Below are positions 13,379-28,000 of a stretch of 64,000 nucleotides of DNA, in pieces. Within the stretch, counting starts at the first letter, position 1. Each line of letters starts with the position of its first letter. A program made the translations under genes and the position numbers. The notes under the pieces were generated by a model. The model saw only the letters and a program-made list of their open reading frames with translations, searched no databases and was not told where the DNA came from. This DNA comes from Eledone cirrhosa (taxonomy: Eukaryota): assembly GCA_964016885.1 (NCBI GenBank), contig OZ024742.1:87730001-87794000 (forward strand), read 5' to 3'.

Positions 13379-13669
13379 AATATATAAACAACCAACTGGT
13401 TGTGGAACCAACCAACCAACCGGAAATTTATAAATTCCTAAATTTATAAATGTATTATAATAAACTGAAGTGAAAGAACATGTGCGTGTGTTTCTTATTG
13501 GCAACATGACCCTCCCAAACTATAACAATATCGGTTTCAATATACAAATTCAGAAACGAAATATATATATATATATATAGTAATAATAATAAATTTGAAT
13601 ACTAAAATCCAAAGAGGGCTCGATAAGGATAAATATATATCAAATATATAAGAACCGTAGAGCAAATAT

Positions 13670-15434
13670 TTATTAAAATAACAGATTAAAGTTTAAGCAA
13701 ATAATCGCTGCTTTCACCCTAAACGGGATCTTCTGAACTAACAAAGTCAATCTGTGAACGCAGAACTGGATATTTCAAAAAACGTTGCAACCAGAGGAAG
13801 ACAGGAAGACGATACTTTGGTTCGTGGAAACGTTCGCTGGCAAAGAACGGGAAAAAACGAATATAATACGTCATTAATAGGAGCGGTGAAAAACAATTAC
13901 GCGCAAAGTCAGAACCACGTTTATGGTATAAAAGAGGTCGTAGACTAATGTTCTCTTAGGTGGTGCATAGAGACGTTCTGTGGCAATGAACGAAAAAAAC
14001 GAAGATAATACGTCATATGTGGAGCGTGGAGAACAATAGCACGCAAAGACAAAACCACGTAAATGGCATAGCAGAAGTCGTAGACTATAATTCTAACTAG
14101 GAGACCAAATGAATCTCCGCTACAGAGTTAAGAACAAAGTAAATAAATACAATACAGAAGTAATAGAAATAAATAAAAACATACACGCAAACAAATACGT
14201 ACATACACAAGCATACGCAAAAACTTACCATAGGTATACAAAACCCCGCACATATAAATGTGTGTGTGTGTGTATGCGTCTATACAAATAAATAAATAAT
14301 TATATAAACTATATAAATAAATAAATACGCATATAACAATCGCACACACGTACCTACATATAAATACACGAATGTTCGGAGACGTAAGTCAACCAAAACA
14401 TAAAGTACACATATACACACACCCACCAAACTTACGAACCTGCATACTCGCACAGAGGCAAAACTCCCGTATACACATAGCCAAACCATATGTACCAGAA
14501 TAAATAAAATGATACGCCATAACAATCAAATATACGTACGAGAAGGTATACGTAACTTCACAAAACATACGGCTAAAATATACTTACCTATGCAAATATA
14601 TAAAGGTATAAACAAAACATATACTTAGCTCCCACATCAAGACGTAAAATATCCACGTATAGATCGTCCTATCCGTTAGGGTATAACGTGGGGCTGTAAT
14701 ACAGGAAAGTTTTATGCAATTTATGTTTACAAGCCGAAATTGCCTCAGATTTTTTATTTAAGATGTGGTCTGTGGCGTAGAGTATTTCCAGGGCCTCAGC
14801 GGCGCAGAGGTCACATGGTGTTTTATTTCCGTTATACGATCTAGCCCTAGCTAGGATCTCCCAGTGTAACTTAGATTGGGTGTGGTTGTCTTTTCGACTC
14901 CAGATATAAGCTGAAAGTGACGTGATATTCCTTCTTAGAGGGTAACGAAAAGAATTTGTTCTTAACTCTGTAGCGGAGATTCAATTGGTCTCCTAGTTCG
15001 AATTTTAGTTTACGACTTCTGCTATACCATTTACGTGGTTTTGTCTTTGCGTGCCATTGTTCTCCACGCTCCACATATGACGTATTATCTTCGTTTTTTC
15101 GTTCATTGCCAGAGAACGACTCTATGCACCCCCTAAGTGGACATTAGTCTACGACCTCTTTTATACCATAAACGTGGTTCTGTCTTTGCCCGTAATTGTT
15201 TTTCACCGCTCCTATTAATGACGTATTATATTTGTTTTTTCCCGTTCTTTGCCAGCGAACGTTTCCACGAACCAAAGTATCGTCTTCCTGTCTTCCTTCG
15301 GTAGCAACGTTTTTTGTTTACAAGCCGAAATATCCAGTTCTGCGTTTACAGATTGACTTTGTTAGTTTCAGAAGATCCCGTTAAGGGTGAAAGCAGCGAT
15401 TCTTTGCTTAAACTTTAATCTGTTATTTTAATAA

Positions 15435-15437
<3 letters not shown>
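13670..15437. repeat. Long inverted repeat (~465-bp arms at 13670-14135 and 14955-15437) between (TA)n tracts
   Basis: The arms are reverse complements, and each contains an internal ~139-bp duplication. Confidence 0.9.
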
Positions 15438-15524
<87 letters not shown>

Positions 15525-15547
15525 TATATATAATATATATATATGTG

Positions 15548-15626
<79 letters not shown>

Positions 15627-15690
15627 TATATATATATATGTGTATATATATACATATATACATATATACATTCATGCATACATACATATA
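15438..15690. repeat. (TA)n microsatellite
   Basis: Direct inspection. Confidence 0.95.
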
Positions 15691-16949
15691 TACACATGAA
15701 ATGAAACATATGTAATCTGCTTAATATACAGTAGTGATCAGATGACATATAAAGCCTAATTCTTAAGAATAAATATTGTGAAGTAGATATAAATTCCCCT
15801 GTAGGTCCATTAAAGCAATTTAATAATATATAGGAGCGATACGGATCCCAAGTTCATTACAAATCGAAAATTCTTCTTCTGATACGTTAGATAGCAGGAC
15901 TGTATGGTTTCTGTGACACTTTAGATAACAGATAATTTAATTAACGATGAGATAGGAGGGGTCAATATATAATAATTACTAACGAGAAATGTATACTCGA
16001 GAAGATAAAATGTAAAATGTTACTGTTTAATTTGTAGATATATTTAAATAACATTGAGACGCGTAATTAATGTATCGAATATCGTTATTATTTGAGTATG
16101 AAGAAAATATTGTATTCAAACCAATTTAAAGTTCGATAACATATGCTGCTGGTCTTTGAATCGTCTTTGATATGCAACCCTAAAATATACCAGGCCCTCT
16201 TATTGCGACTTCGCATAGGGTGTTATGTTGCCCCACACTTCCTTTGCATGCGATGAAGCCCCTTACGCTCAGAGTATAGACGTGTAGTGTGCACTCGTAA
16301 GCCTGTGGATTTCATGCAAGGGACAGAACACATCCAGTAGTGAATTGCATTAAGTGTTGCCCATAACCTGGTGATACCCAAATCAAATGATCCAGAGAAT
16401 TCTGCAAGTAAATGGCGATGATACTTTAGGCAAAACTCCGATGAAGGATTGATACAGCCGCTTCAATCATGGACGCACCTCAAAGGGGATTGGAGTATGT
16501 TCAAGCAGGCCATCCAGTAAACGAAACAAGGAACCAATTGGGAATGTTCGGTGAATAGTCATCATGACCGGCGTGTTACACGTTAAAATGAAAAGCAAAA
16601 AAAGACTCACAAATTAGGTATAAACACCGGATGTGTGCATATTATTTTAAAGGAAACATTATGCATGCGTAGTGTCGGAGAAATTCATTATGAACGTACG
16701 GGCAGAGCAGGTGAAGCAAACCTTTGCCATAATTTGATACGAATCAGCCTGACCCAAACTTCACAAACACATTTGTGAAAGTATATGCAATATCTCTGTT
16801 TGATGCGTTCGGCAATCTTGCCTGAATACGAAACGCAGATGAGCTCGCAATACAATTGCGTACTTTAGGTATAACAACTGGGAGCAGAAGTGACCAACCT
16901 GTTATAAGATGTTCATTCATGCGTATGAAGTAGCGCATCATGTCCCCAC

Positions 16950-17200
16950 AAGGGATATTGCCCTTGTAAAGTATTACAACTCAGCCCTAAGCAATAGCGG
17001 CTTCTCCAAAAGAATCACGTAATCTCCAGATCACCGCACAGTATATGGCTAGAAAAATCTTAGGCATAACACTGTCATCTTGTTAATGCCACCATTCGCA
17101 CTCAATGTGAAGACTAATGTAGGTAGAAAATTACTAGCACTATAAGATCTTCACTTTCATATAGGTCATCAATATCGACAAATATACAATCATGATCCAG
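16950..17200 (+). mobile_element. Decayed Hydra-type PLE fragment (RT thumb/linker)
   Basis: KYYNSALSNSGF...PPFALNVKTNVGRKLLAL*DLHFHIGHQYRQIYN resembles the corresponding regions at 24.9-25.4 kb and 61.8 kb. Confidence 0.65.
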
Positions 17201-18182
17201 TAACATAAAATCTCTCCTCACCAAAACACGGAACAGACTTTCACCTTAAGGATGCTCATGTCAGAAGTCAGACTCATATTTTTTGTACCAACAATTCATC
17301 ACTCCAGCGTCAATATGTCAAGCGAAAGTGGGATCCTCCTTCCTTAAGGAGAAGGCTCCAGAGACCATGCCCACCATACAACGATATCGGCACACTTTTC
17401 AATTCTCATCAACAACGCAGATGTTTGTATGGGAGCGTAGGTGATCTACAAGGTAAAAACTGTAGCTCCTCTGACTTGCTGCACATAATGATTAGGGATT
17501 ACTCAACGACGAGGGCTAATGTTAATAAACACGTTGAAAGACATTGCAACGAAAAGATACACGACACCATAGATGTGACTGAAAGGAATGCAGGCAATTT
17601 AAACATCAAATTGTCAAGTATCATGAGCATTCGTTTTTCATTTGAAGTTTTTTGAGTAAATTTATGGTAATACTTCGAGGTATTAGTTGTAACGTTTACG
17701 GTCCTAATTCATATCAGAAATTATATGTCATTAATGTGTATTATATAAAATGCTGGTTTTAAAAATCAAATCCACGTGCATGTCATTAGTTTGTATATAT
17801 ACTAAGTATTTATATCGGAAAAAAAATCAATTTACATCATATAAATGATTGAAACCTTTAATTAAATATACTGATTTCCATGGTTTGTTATCTCTTCTGT
17901 CTCCGGATGAAATTCATCAGGGTTAAATATATTCATGGGAATATATATTCTTTCTTCGGTATTTCATTTAATAATTTATATCGAATTTGATATTGCTTTC
18001 TATAGCATAAGTTGAGGGATGTAGGCACATATTTTTAAGTTGCATAGCCATCATCAAACAAAATGATCCTCCGAGTGCACGATCGAAACCTTGGAAACAA
18101 GAGACGCTACTTAGCTTAAAAACTGAATATCTAATCCCCACTTCGGTATTCAGTATGTTTTACTGTCGTCAGTCAACTACAT

Positions 18183-18227
<45 letters not shown>

Positions 18228-18229
<2 letters not shown>

Positions 18230-18323
18230 AACGAGTATGACCCGACGGCTGAGCTCAAGCCGCTTCGACGGCTAATTCTGGACTAAACGGCTTGAGATCA
18301 GCCGTCGGGGTCCTACTCGTTCC
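18228..18323. other. GC-rich ~96-nt hairpin next to (TA)n
   Basis: GGAACGAGTATGACCCGACGGCTGAGCTCAAGCCG pairs with CGGCTTGAGATCAGCCGTCGGGGTCCTACTCGTTCC. Confidence 0.85.
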
Positions 18324-18404
18324 GATTAGCCACTCTACTACCATAAGTATTGAGTACTTTGGTGCATTATGGTCCACCTGGTTCCTTACCACAATTCCTT
18401 CGTT

Positions 18405-19295
18405 ATATATATATATAAAGGTTAAGATATACATAAAGTTATATATATATATATATATATATATGTTGCAACTGGTCACTTTTATGCTCTATGAAGAATT
18501 AATAAATTAAAAATTCAAAGCAATATGTCATAAATCATGTCTTTAGAATCATCAGATAAAATATATACTATTTCTTCTTCTAATTAGCATAATTAACCAT
18601 ATATTTTATCTGATGATTCTAAAGACATGATTTATGATATATTGCTCTGATTTTTTAATTTATTAATTCTTCATAGAGCTTAAAAGTGACCAGTTGCAAC
18701 ATATATATATCTATAACTTTATGTATATCTTAACCTTTATATTTAATAATCTCCCGCTAGGTTGAGATTAAATTTGGCGATATTTGGCTGTGCTTTCTAG
18801 CAGCAAGCCTACCCTCCGTAAACAACCAATCACATTCTTTCTGGCTTGACCACAGCCACATAGCGATTCTTAGCCAATTTTGAATCTATTTTTGGCGGGA
18901 TCGGATTGAAAAACTAGATGTCTAATTTTGAGTTTTCTCCTGATGAATCCTAACTCAGGATATTCCTATTATTTGGATGTCTAAAAATACGGATGAAACC
19001 ATGGTAGAGATACAATTACGGTATGTACGCATTTCTTCTAAGTTTAGTTTTACACCTAATTGTGTATGGTTGATGATGTATTTAGTCAGTTTCTACATGC
19101 TGTCGAAATGTTGGTTAAATACGCGATAGGGGCCACCGCGAAGAGGCCACGTTCGGTTATTTGTCGGAGATTTCTCAATAAGAGCATTTCTTCTTATTGC
19201 TTGGTCTAATTGATTTTTTATATGGTTAATTATGCTAATTAGAAGAAGAAATAGTATATATTTTATCTGATGATTCTAAAGAGATGATTTATGAT
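18405..19295 (+). mobile_element. Non-coding retrozyme-like element: inverted 5' segment plus a ~660-bp unit with terminal redundancy, in (TA)n
   Basis: TATTTTATCTGATGATTCTAAAG occurs at ~18602 and ~19259. 18405-18602 is the reverse complement of 19221-19262 joined to 18600-18741. Confidence 0.8.
18936..19010 (+). ncRNA. Type I hammerhead ribozyme with a large stem II insert
   Basis: TCTC-CTGATGA-ATCC...(40 nt)...GGAT-GAAA-CCATGG-TA-GAGA. Confidence 0.85.
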
Positions 19296-19296
19296 A

Positions 19297-19684
<388 letters not shown>

Positions 19685-19786
19685 TAAATTATCGAGAATC
19701 GGAACTTCGGCCCACGAAATAACGAAACACAATCTTCGAAATGTGCGGCAAAGTGCTCAATGGTTCGGATAAACCAGAGCTATAAC

Positions 19787-20552
<766 letters not shown>

Positions 20553-20567
20553 TATATATATATATAT

Positions 20568-21467
<900 letters not shown>

Positions 21468-21511
21468 TAAAAAAGAACAAAGGAACTATTATGACATTAT
21501 AACAAGTTTAT

Positions 21512-21558
21512 TGCCGACAGCCATTTCGTTCGACCATATGGTGGGACTTTTCAAGGCA
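21512..21558 (-). ncRNA. Type I hammerhead ribozyme, C3U/G8A variant
   Basis: Minus strand reads TGCC-TTGAAAA-GTCCCACCATATGGTCGAAC-GAAA-TGGCTG-TC-GGCA, then ATAAA. Stem III is palindromic through G-U pairs. Confidence 0.7.
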
Positions 21559-22419
21559 TATAACATGTGATTGTAAGTTCATTATTGACATCAACGTATC
21601 ACTCAAGAGTAGCAGTTTGAAATTGTGGTATACATCTGCAGCTCCGCTTGTATATTTGGGGTCTATATTCTAAGGGGCTCTTTTATATTAGTTGCCGGAA
21701 TTGTAAAAGGGATGGGTTATGGGGTGTTAAGAGAATTTGAAAATGGCCTGAGAGTCAGGGATTTAAGGTTAAAAATTAGATAATTTATAAAAGACTTGGG
21801 ATCTCGTAGAAGCACCTTAAAAAATCCCTCAATAGGTGCATAAAGCTTACAAGCCCCAATAAACTTAACAAACTAGAAGAGATTAAGAGACTACTAAAAT
21901 AAAAAATAAAGATATAAAGTTTCCCTAAAAACTATAAAGTTTCCCAAGAAGTTCCTTCGAGAGAAAAAAATGTCTTTCGAAAGAAAAAAACTTTCTTCCA
22001 CAGAGATCTCGTTAAACAATTTCAGAAAATTTACGAAGTTTTGATAATCCCTACTAAGTTGAAAGAAACTAATCAATTAAAGGTTAATTCAAAAAGCCCT
22101 CAATAAACCCCTCAGAAAAGGCCCCTTTATTATTTTTAATAGGAACCTCCTCCGAGAGGCCCTTCGAAGAATTAAAATTTTAGAGAGCCTTTAAGCATAT
22201 ATATAAACGAATTGAGGAAAATTATAAATTAAAAGTTAAGAATTACGGTCTTTGGGATATCCGAGGAACTTTCAAAAGGCTGCTTCAACAGATACAACTT
22301 AGGTATAATAGATAAAATAATTTAAGTAATTTAAGTAATTTAATTAGGGAGCAATTCAAAGAGCTTATCAAGTTGGGCAAGATTAAAGAAAATTATAAGT
22401 AAGAAAATACATAAGCAAA

Positions 22420-22890
22420 AAGACAATAATTATAAAATGTATTTTTAAAAGACAATAATTATAAAATGTATTTTTAAGAAGGTATAAGGTAGCTTCAGTA
22501 ATCTAATAATGTACTATCAAAAAATTATTATAAAATGATCACAAAATTATTATAAAATTATTATAAAATTATTACAAAATTATCATAAAACTATTGATAC
22601 AGGATTAAAAAATTACTATAAAATTATTGATACAGGATTAACAAAGACATAATAATATATTCCTGCCTAATTAACAAAAAATCAATAAACAATTAACAGT
22701 CAAGCAAAATTAGCTCAGGGATATCCCGCTCTCGGATACTTTATACCCATACAGCATTACATATGATTAACAAAGACATAATGGTATACTCCTGCGTAAT
22801 TAACAAACAATCAATTAACAATTGATAGTCAAGAAAATGTACTCAGTGATATCCCACGCACGGATACTTTACACACATACAGCAGGATAA
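22420..22890. repeat. Short AT-rich tandem duplications (~25-33 bp and ~130 bp units)
   Basis: AAAAGACAATAAT..ATAAAATGTATTTTT x2, ATTGATACAGGATTAA x2 and GATTAACAAAGACATAAT...CATACAGCA x2. Confidence 0.75.
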
Positions 22891-24219
22891 ATAATACAGG
22901 TGACCTTGTGGGCGCGATATCCATTATTCGTATGTAGTCATCTGCATAGCTCCAGGCACATTTTGTCTTATTTAAAAGTTCAGAGTTCACGAATCAACTG
23001 GGATTCACTATCAGCTGCGTGGACTCTCTGGGAAATGTACCTGTGTATCAAATAGCTAGTGGTTGCTGGGTGTGGTCCGTTCGATCGTTTAGTTTCGGGG
23101 ATTGCACGCTGCCGGTTCTCAATCCAAGGTTTCGCTGCATAGGATGTATTGGTTTACATGCTATATTGGTAAAAAAACAGTGTGGATTTGACTGGGGTGG
23201 TATACTACGAACTCCAAGCAGACACGCGACTGGTCAAATGCGAAGGGGTGTCCCCTCTTTGTTTGTTGTAGGGGTCTGTTCCAGCTTAGATGTTGGTCGT
23301 GTTATCCATATTGCGTCAGCCATGCATATTCAAGACAGGTCTGAATATATTTGCTGGTATGGGCCGGCGTCTACGCTATCCAAAGGGTCTCTCTTGTGTT
23401 ATTTTCAAGTTCGTTTGTCATCTCCCGGTTAAGACTGCGCATGCTTCGGTGAATCTCATGCATGGAATCTTGGGGTATCATATTACACGGGGTGACTAGC
23501 AGAACATATATATTCCATGCTATCGCGCACGCGCTGGCCTGTGGCTACGACCGTGTCCAGTCTCGGGTAGTATCAAACAGCAGGTAGACCAGCTAGACAC
23601 ACCCCTGGTCAAGGGGCACAACCCCTAACTTATCGAGTGGTCAGACATCAAGGGAGTCAACTCTCCAAGGCCATTAAGTCGACCGTGGTAATATACCAAA
23701 AAATCACTATTAATAAAGAACTAACTCAAAAAGAACCACTAATAATAAAGAAGAACTAACTCAAAAGAAGTGAGTGGGGGAGAATGGGGAGGGACATCTA
23801 TGTGGGCGGGGGTTTATTGGGGGAGGTGGGGGTTTGATTGGTTATAGGCAGGGAGCGGCCGCGATATTGGGTGTTCTGTTACTGTTTCCTTGGGCAAGTT
23901 CCCGTATTTGTTGACATACATCTCCGACGGCACCTCCCCAGATTAGTCAACGTGGGTCCAGGCACTCACAATGTCCCACACCGCAGGCATCGTCTGCCCG
24001 CAGGGTGCCCAGCAACAATGCTGCCACGAATCCCAGGTTGGCAATAGGGACACAGGGTCGACTGTTCCTCACCAGAGTCCCCATCGGCATTCGGGGAGCC
24101 GAGGCATCAATGCGGCCGGGGTTACTAAAGAGCACCCTATTCGCCAGCGGAGCAGTCCTGTCCTGGACAGGGTAGGGTCAGGGCTATGTGTCTGGTTTGA
24201 AGAAAAAGAAAGAGCTAAG

Positions 24220-26791
24220 TATAGTGTGGGGGCAGGACGAGAAGATTTATGATCTCCTGTTGAGCAAGATGAGTCCTGAGAATACTATGGCATGAGATTC
24301 AGTTAGGCACAAGCTACAAAACTTGCTCAACGAGCTATATGGAGGAGCTTTAGTAAGGCATCTCTAGCTTAGTGTGTAGGGGGTTTTTGTTTGTGTTAAG
24401 TTATGTATGTGCCCCGCTAACGACGTGGCATTTTTAAGCTTCACATATCGGAAGCTATGCTGGTGGGCGTTGAATCTCGTCTTGAACTGGTTACCGGTTG
24501 ATCCCACATACGTCTTAGTATACGTGTCTGTGGTTACGTTACATGCATATACTACGTTCCTAATAAGGCACTATCCAGCTAGTGGGAACTTGCCCTTCCG
24601 TCTAAAATAACACTTTCTAATAGGGTCATGCTCCTCAATCAGGGGTGCATGTCCCTCCAAGCGGCCGCGGGGCTGCCTAGTGGGACCGGTTTTATTGCCT
24701 GTTATCCCCCTGGGTCTTTCACTCAGTGGGTTGGTCCCGTGTTGTCGTGTGTACTGGCGTGGTTCACTATTTCGGATGGCCTTAAGTCCCTCTTTAATCT
24801 TACTCTTATTGGTCTTGGCTAGGTGTGAGGCCAGATTAGGGGTTGTTGAGTACGATAGTTTGATAGTATTCTTATTGATGACACTACCGTACCTACTACC
24901 TGGGGGGGAAGTTCCTATCTATTAAAGAGAAAACAGATTTGGGGCGGTCTGTAGTAATGTTAGAATTGAAGGGCGGGTTAAAGAAGGTACTATCAGATCT
25001 TCTATTCCTTCCACTGCGTTTCTTATCCCCTATCCTGCTTACCCTCCGTTCATCTATATTATTACGTGTTCTACCAGGTGTGGTTGCTGGGCTCCCAGTG
25101 GTATGTGTTTTGGTCTCGAGTCTCCTAGGCCTCTGGCCCCCGTTTTCACTGTTGGACTTGCTTGGGGCAGCGTGGTGCTTTCTATCCGTGTCTGCATTGC
25201 TAGTGTTGTTGTTCTTAGCTAAATTCCTATTGTCCCTATTCGTCTTTCTAGCTCTCCCTCCATCTCCCATGGACATATCGTGATTACATGCGTGATTACA
25301 GTGCTGGGTTGGGGTGGTGGTGTGGTGCCGCCTGTCTCTACATAATGGAGTTTATATTTGTGCCCTGACCCAGCTAGCGCCTTATTGTAATACTCCGCGT
25401 TCGCTTCAAATGCGGTCACGCTGCTAGATAGTCCGCTAATCCTACTAGATACTCCCTTAACTATTGCTTTGATGACTGAGCCTGGGTGGTTGGAGTTGGC
25501 ATTGACGTATGTCAGCATCTCGTTAGGTTTATGGTACGGTGCATATTCTAATTTATCTAGGTCTAGCGTGGCCTCTAGAAAGTTGACTACCTATCTATTT
25601 CTATCCATAGTTATTGATAGGTGAAAGTTCTTGAAGAATTTATATAGGTCCTTTCTAGTCCTTTCTAGTTTGTGTCGTTTAAAGTCCACAGTAAGCAATG
25701 CGTCGTCACGGTATAGCCCACCTCTGAGGTGTGGGAACTGCTCGTTGAGCTCCTTGAGCAAGTACAATCCGACGATGTATGTCACCTGTGCTGAGTCACT
25801 AGACCCCATAGTGATGTCGAAGTTGTAACGAGTGTTCTTGCGCGCCAAAAATTCATCCTCAAATGTGATAATTGTTTTACGAGCGGCAAGGACTATGTCA
25901 GTCTGGGATCTAGTGAGTCCGCCCGTCCGCATTGCCATCATGAGGGCCTTATTCAGTAGTATGGGGGATATAGACGTATAGTATGAGTCTATATCGAACT
26001 GGATGAAACGTAGTGATTTGTGGTTGCTAATGCTTGAGAACCACTTTATCACTTCTGCAGTGATTCCCCATAGGTCCAGGCTAATCCTGTCCTTAACTTT
26101 CGGTATTACTTCATCTAGTATTTTTTACTTATAATCCCTATGGCAGATTTAGAGGGGCTAATGAGCCTGACAGAGGGGCTACTTGCAAAGTCCTCCTTAT
26201 GATCTTTCAATGTGAACGTTGGTTGTTGGAGGTGTAAGGTTATGTGCATTTCTCTAATCCTAGCTTCGTTACTATCACTTTAGCCTCCCTGTTAATCTCA
26301 TTTAGGTTGGCTACAGTGGTTTTTTTATAGTTTTTATGTAGCTCATTGTATATGAATCCGCGGTATTCTTCATAACTCAGGTTGTACATATTCTTAGTCT
26401 TGTCCGAGGGTACGAGTATACAGTTTCTGTCCTTAACAGATTTAACTAGTGATTCTAACTTAGTTTGGAAGCCGCTATGCTTACCGTTTTTCCTTTTATA
26501 CCTAATAGACCGGACGAGAGAAAATAAGTCACTCTCAAACTTATCGAGTAGAGGGTTATGGGGCGGACTCCTAAATGTCCTAAATCCATACTTATTATTT
26601 GATAGACTCTCTAGTGGGGCGCTACGGCGCCTATCGAAGTGGAATGTGCGCCATCTTATTCTCCTTACAAACGAGTTAACGCTGGCTATAAGCTGCTTTT
26701 CATAAGTACCCCTTGGTGGTATGGGTATATTCTTAAGTGATAACGGAAGATGGTCCTTTGTCAGCATACTGTCAGTGTATTGAAAAGCCAC
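24220..26791 (-). pseudogene. Near full-length Hydra-type PLE polyprotein (RT + C-terminal GIY-YIG), disrupted
   Basis: SLKNIPIP, SDKTKNMY, FIQFDIDSYYTSI, GGLYRDD, YVNANSNHP, FFNPPFNSN and CLIRNVVYACNV...YVGSTGNQFK motifs, with a terminal ...SCPH. Confidence 0.9.
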
Positions 26792-26879
26792 CCCAGGGTG
26801 GTGTGTTTTTCAGTGAAGGTTAAGCTCTACCGGAGGTAGCTAAATAAGCAAGATGTATGGTAGGTCGTATATGAATCCG

Positions 26880-27025
26880 TCTTTATTGAATCCGTTTATT
26901 TATTTTTTTTCTTCTCTGCGCATGCGTTTGCGTGTGTGTAGAGTATTTGATGTGTGTTCGTGTTTGGGTGACTGTGTTTTGGTTATTGTATTATATCTTA
27001 GCTTACTAGTGTGTGTTTATATGTA
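26880..27025 (-). mobile_element. Fragment of the subfamily B Neptune 3' UTR
   Basis: Reverse complement of ~5885-6020. Confidence 0.65.
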
Positions 27026-28000
27026 TCTGATTATTCCTACTCCCGCCTGTGCAGCTATTTCGGGTTTTACACCTGAATAGTGGAATTGCCATCCTCCATG
27101 ATATTCTAGAGTATCAGAGACAAGGAACATTATTGAAAAAACCCCGACTATATCTATCCAGTATGATCTATCTTCCTCCTCTAGTGCCTGCTCTTTACCT
27201 GTAAAGTGTGTGATGTTATAGGTAACAACTGTCAACGTTTGTTCCCTTCCAGACATTATTTGTGGTCTCGGGATATTCAAACTCTCTGCGTCCATCCCAT
27301 GCCTTAGAGAGGCCTTAGAAGACTGTTGTTGTATCAATGGACTATCCATTCTTAACACCTTCGTCTAACACAGAGTCATCCATAAATATATGAAGGGAAT
27401 CAGGAACAGATATTAATTTTGTTTTTTATGACCTCTTCGATTCCTTGCTTGATATTCGTATTAATAGAGGGATGTGATATCAACTGATAACCATATAAAT
27501 AGCAACTTGAGACTGCTTAAATCTAAAGAGGCCCACTCACTTGGCATGTCGAGTGCAACCTACAGGTTACAGGAAGAAGCGCTGGAGGAGATATAAATCA
27601 GGATCTGGTATGGAGATTCTATTGCATCCAAATACAGAGAAACCCCTAAAGAATCTGAGGTCGTCGAGACAGAGTGGAGAATTTTCTGTTAATCAGTTCC
27701 CGCTTCAGTCATAACATGCTGCAATAAAAAGTGGATTATTATTGCCCCGCATGTTGGGAGGACATTTCGGTTCAATCAAAAGGTAAAGTTGCCATCCGAT
27801 AAAAGGAAACCTACAAAGCTTGACTTGGATGTAAGTACTCCCCTTGAATTTGCGGTGAAAGCAGGTAGGAGAATCGCGATAAAGATAGTAAAAACGCCCA
27901 ACGTCATCACATAGGATGACTTCTGGCTTAAGCTAGAATCTTCCTTAAGATCACCAAATAAAGTGTTTTCGCAGACCATCCGCCGATTTCTTCATAGGAA
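27025..28000. mobile_element. RTE-clade LINE remnant with an inverted 5' part (APE N-terminus on minus, APE C-terminus/linker on plus)
   Basis: Minus strand gives VVTYNITHFTGKEQAL...IDIVGV...GWQFHYSGV...AQAGVGII. Plus strand gives DINFVFYDLFDSLLDIRINRG..STDNH. Confidence 0.7.

Larger units (their letters stand above)
10852..13560 (+). mobile_element. Neptune-type PLE, subfamily A: inverted pLTR (10852-11124) plus 5'-truncated RT-GIY-YIG body and 3' pLTR, within (TA)n
   Basis: LYGLRKDHK, MDSVSLYPSI, QEEGAAIG, SRYVDD and CITCK...CKT.NVVYSIRC...YIGETARS motifs. The left end is the reverse complement of ~13250-13530. (TA)n flanks both sides. Confidence 0.95.

Noticed and set aside
17870-17926. 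Minus-strand CTGATGA...AAACCATGG
   Set aside because: G12 is missing and stems I and II do not pair; at best a dead relic.
19236-19280. Possible type II HHR (AGAA-GAAA...CTGATGA-TTCT)
   Set aside because: Stems I and III would be 2-3 weak A-U pairs, so chance in AT-rich DNA is likely.
22420-22890. Repeats superficially like a CRISPR array
   Set aside because: Eukaryotic context, no unique spacers and no cas genes.
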